Source: an uncultured bacterium
Lineage (GTDB): Bacteria; Bacillota; Clostridia; Oscillospirales; Acutalibacteraceae
Assembly (NCBI GenBank): GCA_905215105.1
Contig: CAJMOI010000001.1
Location: 1 to 54,194 of the forward strand
Length of the DNA: 54,194 nucleotides
Reading direction: 5' to 3'
Shown: piece after piece, positions 38,516 to 47,608 of the stretch
How positions within the stretch are numbered: the stretch's first letter is position 1
How the letters are laid out: each line of letters opens with the position of its first letter
The notes under the pieces: generated by a model
The model's input: only the letters and a program-made list of their open reading frames with translations
What the model was told of the DNA's origin: nothing
Databases searched by the model: none
Program-made: the position numbers and the translations under genes

Positions 38516-39645
38516 TATTCGTCGTCATCCACCAGAATGTCGATGTCTGCTTTTGCCGCGCTGCGGGACTTGCCCTCTGCAGCCTCCGGCGTCGGCGGCT
38601 CCACCGGCACTTCCACCGGTTTTGCACCGCTGGCCTTTCCGGCCTTGGGCTTGCCGAACAGTTTACCCACGTTGGCTTTCACGCCGGCTTCGATTTCGTC
38701 GGCAATCTCCTTGTGGGTGCCCAGAAATTCCCGAACATTGTCCCGGCCCTGTCCCAGACGGTTGCCGTTATAGGAGAACCATGCGCCGCTCTTCTGAACG
38801 ATGTCCAGTTTTACGGCCATATCCAGCAGTTCGCCGGTGCGGGAAATGCCCTTGCCGTATACCACGTCAAATTCCGCTTCCCGGAAGGGCGGGGCCATCT
38901 TGTTTTTGACCACCTTGGCCCGGGTACGGGAACCGATGCGCTCGCTGCCTTCCTTCAGGGCGTCGCCTTTGCGCACGTCAATGCGGACCGTGGCGTAGAA
39001 CTTCAAAGCACGGCCGCCGGGGGTCACTTCCGGGTTGCCGTACATTACGCCCACCTTTTCACGGAGCTGGTTGATGAAGATTGCCACACAGTTGGACTTG
39101 GAAATGGCGCCGGTGAGCTTCCGCAGTGCCTGAGACATGAGGCGGGCCTGCAGGCCCACATGGGAGTCGCCCATTTCGCCCTCGATTTCGGCTTTGGGGA
39201 CCAGTGCGGCTACCGAGTCCACAACGATGATATCAATGGCGCCGGAACGCACCAGCGCTTCGGTGATTTCCAGTGCCTGCTCGCCGGTGTCCGGCTGGGA
39301 AACCAGCAGAGAGTCCACATCTACGCCCAGGGCTGCGGCATAAACCGGGTCCAGTGCGTGTTCCACGTCGATAAAAGCGGCATAGCCGCCCAGCTTCTGG
39401 GCTTCTGCCACACAGTGCAGGGCCAGGGTGGTTTTACCGGAAGATTCCGGGCCGTAGATTTCTACCACACGGCCTCTGGGCAATCCGCCGATTCCCAGTG
39501 CCAGATCCAGCGACAGGGAGCCGGTGGGAATCACGTCCACCTGCATGGCCTCATTCTGTCCCAAACGCATGACCGCGCCCTTACCGAACTGCTTTTCAAT
39601 CTGTGCCAGCGCGGTTTCCAGCGCTTTTTCCTTATCAATTGCCAT
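38515..39645 (-). CDS. recA: recombinase RecA (with an extended Pro/Ala/Lys-rich tail ending in an acidic tip)
   Basis: 376 aa with the Walker A motif GPESSGKTT and the L1/L2 regions. Confidence 0.98.
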   Translation of the reverse strand: MAIDKEKALETALAQIEKQFGKGAVMRLGQNEAMQVDVIPTGSLSLDLALGIGGLPRGRVVEIYGPESSGKTTLALHCVAEAQKLGGYAAFIDVEHALDPVYAAALGVDVDSLLVSQPDTGEQALEITEALVRSGAIDIIVVDSVAALVPKAEIEGEMGDSHVGLQARLMSQALRKLTGAISKSNCVAIFINQLREKVGVMYGNPEVTPGGRALKFYATVRIDVRKGDALKEGSERIGSRTRAKVVKNKMAPPFREAEFDVVYGKGISRTGELLDMAVKLDIVQKSGAWFSYNGNRLGQGRDNVREFLGTHKEIADEIEAGVKANVGKLFGKPKAGKASGAKPVEVPVEPPTPEAAEGKSRSAAKADIDILVDDDE

Positions 39646-39740
39646 CTATCATCATCCTTCCCGATAAAATTCAGAGGGATTGAGAAAAATCCCGGTTCAG
39701 AAGAAGAAAAGCGGACAAAACCGCCTTTCGGATGGTTTCT

Positions 39741-39769
39741 ATTATACCGGAAAACCCCGGGAAAAGCAA
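39741..39769 (-). promoter_or_regulatory. recA promoter
   Basis: On the minus strand: TTGCTT (39769-39764), 17-nt spacer, TATAAT (39746-39741). Confidence 0.6.
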
Positions 39770-39788
39770 TGGATTTCCGGTAAAAAAT

Positions 39789-39802
39789 CGAACTTATGTT
39801 TG
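39789..39802. promoter_or_regulatory. candidate LexA (Cheo/SOS) box
   Basis: CGAACTTATGTTTG compared with the Firmicutes consensus CGAAC-N4-GTTCG has one mismatch. It lies about 20 bp upstream of the recA -35. Confidence 0.45.
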
Positions 39803-39824
39803 ATATCGTTGGTTTTGAAAAATG

Positions 39825-39952
39825 CCTGTAGGGGCGCGCATTGCGCGTCCGTTATGGATAACCCAGTGCAAACCCACGGACGGCCAATGGCCGCCCCTAC
39901 ATTTTCGCCATGTTTCCGGAATCCTGTAGGGGCGCACCTATGTGTGCGCCCG
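39825..39952 (+). repeat. REP-like composite element, copy A1 (112-bp repeat unit plus its terminal hairpin)
   Basis: cctgtaggggcgcgcattgcgcgtccgttatggataaccc(A)gtgcaaacccacggacggccaatggccgcccctacattttcgccatgtttccg(G)aatcctgtaggggcgca, followed by the rest of the terminal hairpin. Three GC-rich palindromic modules are present. Confidence 0.85.
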
Positions 39953-39993
39953 CTGCCTGATCTGTCTTTCAGCTGCCCGCCGGGGGTTACGGT

Positions 39994-40022
39994 GGCCCTT
40001 TCTTCTGCGAGAAGAAAGGGCC
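39994..40022. repeat. perfect 13-bp inverted repeat (hairpin) between the two REP copies
   Basis: GGCCCTTTCTTCT-gcg-AGAAGAAAGGGCC. Confidence 0.7.
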
Positions 40023-40162
40023 GCAAAGAAGCGGCAGGTGAACCGCTTTGGTTCCCCTGCACCCCTCCACAAAGTTCCGGCGATTTGCAGCCGGGACGGA
40101 ACCGCCGCGCTGGAAATTCCCCTTTCGGGAAATTTGTGCGCACCGGTTCAATCAGCTGCAAC

Positions 40163-40287
40163 CCTGTAGGGGCGCGCATTGCGCGTCCGTTATGGATAAC
40201 CCGGTGCAAACCCACGGACGGCCAATGGCCGCCCCTACATTTTCGCCATGTTTCCGAAATCCTGTAGGGGCGCATAGTATGCGCCCG
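40163..40287 (+). repeat. REP-like composite element, copy A2 (110/112 identical to A1)
   Basis: It matches 39825-39936 at an offset of +338 bp with two substitutions. The terminal hairpin differs (gggcgcatagtatgcgccc). Confidence 0.85.
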
Positions 40288-40311
40288 TTGTTTTTTGCTG
40301 GATGCAATTTT

Positions 40312-40385
40312 GCGGGCGGTTGATAACCGCCCCTACAAACGGAATCAGATTCCCGATTCTTTGTAGGGGCGCGCATTGCGCGTCC
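40312..40385. repeat. two further REP-like modules abutting the prmC stop
   Basis: gcgggcggttgataaccgcccctaca (40312-40337) and tgtaggggcgcgcattgcgcgtcc (40362-40385). Confidence 0.75.
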
Positions 40386-40386
40386 A

Positions 40387-41253
40387 TTACGGGAACCCCG
40401 CCGCAACTCCCGTCACTGCCCGGTCCAGCTGGGCAAAATCCCTGTGGACGGAAAGCCCGGTGACACCGGCTGCGGCAAACAGTTCACAAACCGCTTCCGC
40501 CTGCTCTTCCCCGATTTCCACCGCTACTACGCCGCCGGGCTTGACCCGGGGAATCCAGTAGTCCGCAATGGCCCGGTAAAAGTCCAGACCGTCTCCTCCG
40601 CCGTCCAGCGCCGTCACCGGTTCCTGTTGGACTTCTTCCTGCAAACCGGCGATTTCTTCTGCCCGGATATAAGGGGGATTGGAGATCAGCACGTCGATTT
40701 TTTCCGGCACAAGGCGCAGAGCTTCCGAAGGGTCCAGTACGTTCCCCCGTACCGGACGCACCCGGCCTTCCTGAAACCGGCGGGTGTTGGTTTCCAGAAA
40801 AGCAAAGGCCTCTTCCATCCATTCCACACTGTCCATGCGCAGTCCCGGAACCAGTGAGCACAGCCCCAGCGCCACCGCGCCGGTACCGCCGCACAGATCC
40901 ACGCCGTATAAAGGGGTCGGGCGGTGTTTCAAAAGAGCCGCTGCTGCCCGCACCACTACTTCCGTGTCCTCCCGGGGAGTGAGAACGCCTTCCCCCACGG
41001 TCAGCTCCATGTCCATAAAGGGCCAGCTTCCCAAAATGTACTGCAAGGGCCGGTGTGCTGCCCGCTGTGCGGTCATTTCCAGAAAACGGCGGGATTCCTC
41101 CTCCCCTGCTTCCCGGTTTCCGTGGAGCAGCAGCCCCTGCCGGTCCAGTCCCCACACCGCTTCTGCCAGACAGGCGGCGTCAAATTCCGGGCTGTCACAT
41201 CCGGCTTCTTCCAACCGGCGGGTTTCCTGCCGGTACAGCTGTCTGATGGTCAT
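40387..41253 (-). CDS. prmC: peptide chain release factor N5-glutamine methyltransferase
   Basis: 288 aa with the motifs DLCGGTGA and ISNPPYI. Confidence 0.92.
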   Translation of the reverse strand: MTIRQLYRQETRRLEEAGCDSPEFDAACLAEAVWGLDRQGLLLHGNREAGEEESRRFLEMTAQRAAHRPLQYILGSWPFMDMELTVGEGVLTPREDTEVVVRAAAALLKHRPTPLYGVDLCGGTGAVALGLCSLVPGLRMDSVEWMEEAFAFLETNTRRFQEGRVRPVRGNVLDPSEALRLVPEKIDVLISNPPYIRAEEIAGLQEEVQQEPVTALDGGGDGLDFYRAIADYWIPRVKPGGVVAVEIGEEQAEAVCELFAAAGVTGLSVHRDFAQLDRAVTGVAAGFP

Positions 41254-42206
41254 AGGACAATCCGGTCCTCTCCGTTTTCGGGAATGACCTTTTCCATGGC
41301 GGCAATGGCCACTTCAATCATGCCGTCGTCCGGTTCCTTGGTGGTAATGCGCTGCACCCACAGGCCCGGGGCGGCGATGATCCGGGTCAGCCGGTTGTCC
41401 TTCTTTCCGCAAAGGCGAATCAGCTCATAGCCCAGCCCCATTACCAGCGGGATGCAGAGAATCTTCACCGCTGTCCGGAGGAAGGGATTGGTGAAGGGGA
41501 TGAAAAAGCCCACCACAATGCCCAGTCCCAGCATGATGACCATGAAGCTGGTGCCGCACCGGGGATGGAAGCGGCTGTGATGGCGCACGTTTTCCACGGT
41601 CAGTTCCTCGTTGTTTTCGTAACAGAAAATGGTCTTATGTTCCGCGCCGTGATACTGGAACGTCCGGCGCAAATCCGGCTGCAAGCCGCACAGGGCTACA
41701 TAGCCAATGAAAATGGCAATGCGCATGACGCCCTCGATGATGGAGCGCCAGCCTTCAATGCTCTCTCCGGTGCCCAGCTTCATCAGGTTGACCAGCCAGG
41801 TGGGCAGCACGAAAAACAGCAGGATGGCCAGCGCCATTCCCAGTACCATGGCAATTCCCATGATGACATTCATGATTTTTTCGCCGAATACCCGATCCAG
41901 CCACTTTTCAAACCGGGAAGGTTCCTCTTCCTCCAGCCCTTCCACGCTCTTTTCCGCCGATTCGTTCAGGGCACTGAAGCCGATTTTCATGGAATCAATC
42001 ATGGCGGCGGTGCCGCGGATGATGGGCCAGCCCAGAATGGGATATTTGTCCTTCAGGTTTTCCGTGGGACGTTCGCTGACGTCGATGGTTTTGTCGGGCT
42101 TGCGCACGCCCACTGCGGTGATTTTGGGTCCCCGCATCATAATGCCCTCCACCAGCGCCTGACCGCCGATGGAGGTGATGGTCTTGGTTTTTTCTGCCAT
42201 AGTCAA
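41250..42206 (-). CDS. DUF1385 membrane protein (YqhQ-like)
   Basis: 318 aa with the motifs GGQALVEGIMMRG and YHGAEHK. It is translationally coupled to prmC (4-nt overlap), a commonly seen pairing. Confidence 0.85.
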   Translation of the reverse strand: MTMAEKTKTITSIGGQALVEGIMMRGPKITAVGVRKPDKTIDVSERPTENLKDKYPILGWPIIRGTAAMIDSMKIGFSALNESAEKSVEGLEEEEPSRFEKWLDRVFGEKIMNVIMGIAMVLGMALAILLFFVLPTWLVNLMKLGTGESIEGWRSIIEGVMRIAIFIGYVALCGLQPDLRRTFQYHGAEHKTIFCYENNEELTVENVRHHSRFHPRCGTSFMVIMLGLGIVVGFFIPFTNPFLRTAVKILCIPLVMGLGYELIRLCGKKDNRLTRIIAAPGLWVQRITTKEPDDGMIEVAIAAMEKVIPENGEDRIVL

Positions 42207-42242
42207 ATTCCTTTCTATACCCCCTGCCGGAATTTTTTCCGG

Positions 42243-43670
42243 TCAGACCCCGTCTTCTTCTTCCAGAACGGGAATGGTGATGGTCACGGCGGTACCCACA
42301 TTTTCATGACTTTCAATATCCAGCTGCCCGCCGTGGAGCTTCATGATTTCATCTGCCAGCGCCAGACCGATACCGGAGCCCCGGACCGTCTGGTTGGCCT
42401 TGTAGAACTTTTTCTTCACATTGGGCAGGTGTTCCGCAGGAATGCCGCAGCCGTTATCGCTGATGACCACCCGGATAAACCCGGTCTGTTCCTTGGCGGT
42501 AATTTCCACGGTCCCGCCCTCTGCCGTGTATTTCAGGGCGTTGTCGATGATGTTGACAAATACCTGCCGCAGCCGGTTGATGTCTCCCAGCACAGGGGAC
42601 AGCATGGCCGGTTCCTCATAAAGGAGAAATTTGTGCTCTGCTTCCGCCCGGTCGCTGAACATATACACGGCTTCTCCCAGCTCTGCCAGCAAATCGATTT
42701 TTTCCATCATCAGCGTCATGCGGCCGTTCTGCATCCGGGAAAAGTCCAGCAGCTCCTCCACCAATCCGGAAAGCCGTTCCGACTCCCGGATGATGACGTT
42801 CATGCCTTTTTCATAGGTGCCGGAATCCATGCCGCCGCCCTGTAAGGTTTCCGCCCAGCCCTTGATGGCTGTCAGCGGGGTGCGCAGTTCGTGGGAAACC
42901 GAGGAAATAAACTCGTTTTTCAGCTTTTCCGCAGCCCCAAGCTCTACCGCCATGTCATTGATGTTGTCGCACAGCTGTCCGATTTCATCGTCGTTGGATT
43001 TCTGAATCCGGGCATTGAAATCTCCCTGGGCAATGCGCTTGGCGGTTGCGCCGATTTGCCGGACAGGCGTGACAATGGACTTCATGAAATACAGGTTGGA
43101 AAACACAATGAAAGAAATAATGAGGATACATCCAAGAGCCAGAAGCCCGATAATCAGCAGCACCTGCCGGTCGGCTTTTTCCATGGACACCACATATCGA
43201 AGGGCGCCCACGACCCCGTCATTGTCGCCAAAAATGACCTTGGTGACGGCCATGGCCTTTTCGCCTGTGTTGAGATGGCCCACCCATACCCCCATCCCGT
43301 TTTCATCCTGCAAAGCAGCCGTATAGTCCGGCATCTCCTGCTCATTGTCCGGTGCAAATCCGGTGGAAGTGATAAACACCTGACCGTTCTGATCTACGGC
43401 CATGGCTTCCATTTCATTTTTGGCTGTGAAATTTTCGATGTAGGATCTGGCGCTGGTATAAAAATACTGGGATGTCTGCTCCGTGTGTCCGGAGGAAAAC
43501 AGGCTGACAACCTCTTCGCTTCGGCCTTTCAGCTGGGATAAAATGGAGTTATACACATACTGCTGCATCATCACAGATAATATGGTCACCAGTGTTACCA
43601 GCACCAGCACAATCACTGTCAGGCTGTTCACAATCCACCTGCGGGTGATTCCCCTGACTGCCATGTTCAT
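42243..43670 (-). CDS. sensor histidine kinase (2 TM, extracytoplasmic domain, HAMP, HisKA, HATPase)
   Basis: The H-box is SHELRTPLTAIKGW. The N, G1 and G2 boxes are DNALKYT, DNGCGI and GSGIGLA. Confidence 0.92.
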   Translation of the reverse strand: MNMAVRGITRRWIVNSLTVIVLVLVTLVTILSVMMQQYVYNSILSQLKGRSEEVVSLFSSGHTEQTSQYFYTSARSYIENFTAKNEMEAMAVDQNGQVFITSTGFAPDNEQEMPDYTAALQDENGMGVWVGHLNTGEKAMAVTKVIFGDNDGVVGALRYVVSMEKADRQVLLIIGLLALGCILIISFIVFSNLYFMKSIVTPVRQIGATAKRIAQGDFNARIQKSNDDEIGQLCDNINDMAVELGAAEKLKNEFISSVSHELRTPLTAIKGWAETLQGGGMDSGTYEKGMNVIIRESERLSGLVEELLDFSRMQNGRMTLMMEKIDLLAELGEAVYMFSDRAEAEHKFLLYEEPAMLSPVLGDINRLRQVFVNIIDNALKYTAEGGTVEITAKEQTGFIRVVISDNGCGIPAEHLPNVKKKFYKANQTVRGSGIGLALADEIMKLHGGQLDIESHENVGTAVTITIPVLEEEDGV

Positions 43671-43682
43671 GCCCCCCTGCCG

Positions 43683-44390
43683 TTATTTCTGGTCCCAGCG
43701 ATATCCGAGACCCCAGACCGTGACAATATACTGAGGATTGGAGGGCTTTTCTTCAATCTTCATCCGCAGACGGCGGATATTTACGTCCACGATTTTTTCT
43801 TCTCCCACATAGTTGGCGCCCCAGACATGCTTGAGGATGTTGGAGCGGTCCAGCGCCACACCCGGGTTGGAGAAAAAGTATTCCATAATCTGGAATTCCA
43901 CCTGGGTCAGCTCGATGGGTTTGTCCCCCTTCATCAGGGTGCGGTTGCGCAGGTTCAGGGTGAATTCCCCGGATACCAGCTGTTCTTTGAAGTTGTTTTC
44001 CGTGCGCACCGCTGCCAGTGCCACCCGGCGGTAAATGGCGTCTACCCGGGCCACCAGCTCCGAAGGGCTGAAAGGCTTGGTCACATAGTCGTCTGCGCCC
44101 ATCATCAGGCCGGTGACCTTGTCCATTTCCTGTGTCCGCGCCGTCAGCAGAATAATGCCGATGTTGCCGCTTTTCTGGCGCAGGGTTTTGCACACGGCCA
44201 GACCGTCATATTTTCCCGGCATCATGATGTCCAGTACCGCTACGTCAAAGTCGCCCTTTTCCCGTTCATAAATCTCCAGGGCCTCTTCCCCGTTGGAAGC
44301 CTCATAGGCGTCATAACCCGCCCGTTTCAGGTTGATAACCACAAATTCGCGGATGGCCTGTTCGTCCTCCGCAACCAGTATTTTTTTCAT
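43683..44390 (-). CDS. OmpR-family response regulator
   Basis: 235 aa with a receiver domain (VAEDE...DVAVLDIMMPG) and a winged-helix C-terminus (VWGLGYRW). Confidence 0.93.
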   Translation of the reverse strand: MKKILVAEDEQAIREFVVINLKRAGYDAYEASNGEEALEIYEREKGDFDVAVLDIMMPGKYDGLAVCKTLRQKSGNIGIILLTARTQEMDKVTGLMMGADDYVTKPFSPSELVARVDAIYRRVALAAVRTENNFKEQLVSGEFTLNLRNRTLMKGDKPIELTQVEFQIMEYFFSNPGVALDRSNILKHVWGANYVGEEKIVDVNIRRLRMKIEEKPSNPQYIVTVWGLGYRWDQK

Positions 44391-44431
44391 CGCGTTTTCC
44401 CCCGAACTTTATTTACAATTTGTATTTTCTG

Positions 44432-45772
44432 TTATTCAGGATACCAATAGTTGAAAGATTCCTGCACTTCCTCAATGGAGGGAGCCAGCTGATTATAGGA
44501 GTCCATAATCATGGCGCCATAGATCAGGCCGCCCCGTTCTCCAATCTGGACAAAATCCTTTCCGGACTGGGCCCATTCCTCCTCATTGAATACCTGAATT
44601 TTCAGCAGGCCGGAGCCAATGGTCAGGGTTCCGTCAATATCCAGACATTCATAGAAGGTGGTGGAATGGTCGGTCAGATCGCTTTTACAGGTGACGGTTC
44701 CCCGCCAGGAATCCGGGAACAGGAACCAGAACCCGTCATTGCTGTTGATGACAGTACTCATTACCCGCAAAGGTGCCTTACTGCTCAAATCAAACTGACA
44801 CCAGTTCACCAGATAGGCAGCCGGGTCGGTGGTTCCTTCGGTGTTGCCGGGCAGCAGGTTGACAATGGGAAATTCCAGAATGCTGTTGCCGTCCATATCC
44901 CGGGAGGTATAGGCCGCCGCAGGACTGCGGCTGGTGATATTCATTTTCTGAGAAGCGTCGTCGGAATAAGGCGCTTTCAGCTGTTCCTTTTCGCTGTTCC
45001 AGTAAATCATCTGGGTGACCATGGTGCTGTCAGCTCGGATGCCGTCCAGCAGGATTCCCTGCTGATTGGTGGAAATCAGCCCTTCGGACACTTTGGAGTA
45101 CTGCACTACCGTGGGGTCCAGGGTTACGGCTTCCACAATCTGAAGGCTTCCGTTTTTCAGCCGGATCAGCTGTGCCACGGCGGAGGAAGAATCGCCGGAA
45201 AGGGTGGCCACAAACAGCTCGTCCTGAACGTCGTCCACCAGATTGGTGACGGCCATTTCGCCGTATCCCTGTTCCATGGGAATTTCCAGAACACCACCGG
45301 CGGAATAGTCATAAACGCAGGCGGTGCTGCTGTTGGTGGTGGAGCTGCCCCAGCCCACAATGACCTCGGTGGAGCCGTCGTCGTCCAGATCCGCAAAACA
45401 CACCCGGTCCACCTGAATGGCGGCGTTGGTAAAGCTGCGGATAATGGACCACTCTCCGTCCTGACGGGAAATAAAGGAGACGGTACTGCCGCTGCCGTCC
45501 TCCGATTCATACAGGGCAATGGCGTCGTCTTCCCGGTCGCCGGTCAGGTCTTTCATGATAATCGCAGAGCGGTATTCCCCTTTCTGAGGATAGCGGAAGT
45601 TGACAGTTTCGTTTTTGCTGAGGAGCAGGTCGTGGATTTCTCCCCGGTCGCCTGCTTCTCTGGGGGGACTCATCAGCGCTTTGGAGTCCAGTCCGATGAC
45701 CGAACAGCCGGACAGCATCCACATGAGCACCAGCGCCAGAATTCCACAGGCCACAGCCCGATAGCCTTTCAT
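44432..45772 (-). CDS. lipoprotein with FG-GAP/VCBS-like DxDxDG motifs (hypothetical)
   Basis: The start is at the ATG at 45772 (MKGYRAVACGILALVLMWMLSGCS; lipobox LSGC). It has the motifs DLTGDREDD and DLDDDGSTEV. It is the first gene upstream of the response-regulator and histidine-kinase pair. Confidence 0.7.
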   Translation of the reverse strand: MKGYRAVACGILALVLMWMLSGCSVIGLDSKALMSPPREAGDRGEIHDLLLSKNETVNFRYPQKGEYRSAIIMKDLTGDREDDAIALYESEDGSGSTVSFISRQDGEWSIIRSFTNAAIQVDRVCFADLDDDGSTEVIVGWGSSTTNSSTACVYDYSAGGVLEIPMEQGYGEMAVTNLVDDVQDELFVATLSGDSSSAVAQLIRLKNGSLQIVEAVTLDPTVVQYSKVSEGLISTNQQGILLDGIRADSTMVTQMIYWNSEKEQLKAPYSDDASQKMNITSRSPAAAYTSRDMDGNSILEFPIVNLLPGNTEGTTDPAAYLVNWCQFDLSSKAPLRVMSTVINSNDGFWFLFPDSWRGTVTCKSDLTDHSTTFYECLDIDGTLTIGSGLLKIQVFNEEEWAQSGKDFVQIGERGGLIYGAMIMDSYNQLAPSIEEVQESFNYWYPE

Positions 45773-46013
45773 CGGCTGACCATCCTTTCTCTTGGAAATG
45801 TTACGGTGATTTTTACTAAGGGCTATCTGAAAAGTCGAAATGATAGACTTTTCCGACAATCAACGCCAGCTACTGCGTTAAAAATACTCGGAATCCAGTA
45901 AGGATTCCTGCGTTTTTTGCCTTGTATCTGTTCGTTGCTCGTGGAAAATTCGTCGATTTCTTTGTTTTCAGAAACGTCCTGGCTATTTTAAATTCAGCAA
46001 GGAGGTGCTGTCT

Positions 46014-46610
46014 GTGACAGGCCTTGACACCATATTGGAATCCATACGCAAGGACGGCCGGGAAAACGCCGATGCCATTCTGGCAAAAGCCCGGCAGGAG
46101 GCAGATGAAATTTCCGCACAGGGCAGGGAAGAAGCCCAGCTTCGCCGGGAAGAGCTCCTCCGGGATGCACCCCAACAGGCACAGGATGCCGCCGACCGGG
46201 TGCTTTCCTCGGCACACCGTGAACAGCGGAGAATCCTGCTCGTTGCCCGGCAGGAAATCATTCAGGAAACGCTGGAAGCGGCGGAAAAATCCCTGTTCGA
46301 GTTATCCGATGAGGACTATTTCACCGTGCTGCTGGGCTTTGCGGCAAAGCGGGCGCTGCCCCAAAAGGGCGAACTGGTGCTGGGGAGCCGGGACTTTGCC
46401 CGGAAGCCCGCCGACTTTGAAAAAAAATTGCAGACTGTCCTGCCGAAAGGCGCAGAGCTGACGGTTGCACCAAAACCCAATCCTGCTATTGACGGCGGCT
46501 TCCTGCTGCTGTATGGCGGCATTGAGGAAAACTGCACCTTCCGTGCCCTGTTTGATGACAAGCGGGAGGAATTGCAGGACTTAACCAATCAAATTCTCTT
46601 CGCCGACTGA
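46014..46610 (+). CDS. V-type ATP synthase subunit E
   Basis: The GTG at 46014 lies 8 nt after an AAGGAGG SD. The N-terminus is helical and charged (ILAKARQEADEISAQGREEAQ), with a globular C-terminus. Confidence 0.85.
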   Translation: MTGLDTILESIRKDGRENADAILAKARQEADEISAQGREEAQLRREELLRDAPQQAQDAADRVLSSAHREQRRILLVARQEIIQETLEAAEKSLFELSDEDYFTVLLGFAAKRALPQKGELVLGSRDFARKPADFEKKLQTVLPKGAELTVAPKPNPAIDGGFLLLYGGIEENCTFRALFDDKREELQDLTNQILFAD

Positions 46611-46648
46611 CGGCGTGAGAAAGCGTGATGAAAGAAAGGAGGAAAGCC

Positions 46649-47608
46649 ATGCCGGAGTTATACCCTTACGCCGCAGCGCGGATTCATGCCCGGGAGCTTT
46701 CCCTTCTCAGCCGTCAGAACCTGGAACAGCTTTTGGCGGCGAAAAACTATGATGAATGCTTACACAGCCTTCACGGCATGGGCTGGGACGAAGGCGACAC
46801 GGCCGAGGAGATTCTGGCGGCAGAAACGGAAAAGACCTGGCAGCTCATGGGAGAGCTTCTCCCGGAGCTGGAGGTATTCCAGATTTTCCGCCTGCCGGTG
46901 GATTTCAACAATGCAAAAGCAGCGGTAAAATCGGTGGTCACCAACGTGCAGGCGCAGCATGTGTTCCTGTCTGGCGGCTCCATAGAGCCGGAAGCCCTTG
47001 TCAAAGCCCTCAAGGACAATGATTTTTCCCAAATACCGGAATGGATGGCAAAGCCCTTGCAGGAAGCCCAGCAGCTTTTGCTGAAAACCCGGGACGGGCA
47101 GCTGTGTGACGTACTGCTGGACAAAACGGCGCTGGATGCCATTTTGCAGGCCGGAAAGAATTCTGACTGTGCCCTGCTCAAAGAATACGCCGAGCTGTTT
47201 GTGGCGGCGGCGGATTTAAAAATTGCTCAGCGGGCGATTCTTACCGGACGCCCGGCGGCTTTTTTGAAAGAAGCGCTGGCGGAGTGTGACACCCTGAATC
47301 TTTCCCGGCTGGAAGCAGCCGCACTGGAGGGCATGGACGGGCTGGAAAGCTATCTTTCCCTCACGCCCTATGCCGACGCCATTCCTGCCCTGAAAGCCGG
47401 GGCTTCCGCCTTTGATAAATGGCGGGATGACTGGATTATGGCGTTGATTCAGGGAGAAAAAGCCAATCCCTTCACCTTGGGGCCGGTGGCGGCGTATTTT
47501 CTCGCCCGGCAGAATGAAATTGCCATGGTGCGCATTATCCTCTCCGCCAAGCGAAACGGGCTGGATGTGGAGGATGTGCAGGAAAGGCTGCGGGTGATGT
47601 ATGTATAA
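46649..47608 (+). CDS. V-type ATP synthase subunit C (V0 d-type)
   Basis: The ATG at 46649 has an AAGGAGG SD. The product is 319 aa and helical (YPYAAARIHARELSLL...). Confidence 0.85.
   Translation: MPELYPYAAARIHARELSLLSRQNLEQLLAAKNYDECLHSLHGMGWDEGDTAEEILAAETEKTWQLMGELLPELEVFQIFRLPVDFNNAKAAVKSVVTNVQAQHVFLSGGSIEPEALVKALKDNDFSQIPEWMAKPLQEAQQLLLKTRDGQLCDVLLDKTALDAILQAGKNSDCALLKEYAELFVAAADLKIAQRAILTGRPAAFLKEALAECDTLNLSRLEAAALEGMDGLESYLSLTPYADAIPALKAGASAFDKWRDDWIMALIQGEKANPFTLGPVAAYFLARQNEIAMVRIILSAKRNGLDVEDVQERLRVMYV

Noticed and set aside
39825-40385. Possible CRISPR array, because of repeated GC-rich palindromic units.
   Set aside because: The units differ in sequence and length, occur in both orientations and have irregular spacing. 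There are no uniform repeat-spacer units and no cas genes. The architecture fits REP/BIME-like elements instead.
39680-40406. ORFs of 75-195 aa on both strands across the REP cluster (39680..40267, 39742..40275, 40048..40323, 40152..40406).
   Set aside because: They consist of translated palindromic repeats (recurring GRPMAAPT and CAPLQ strings), lack RBSs and overlap each other. They are typical artefacts of GC-rich REP arrays.
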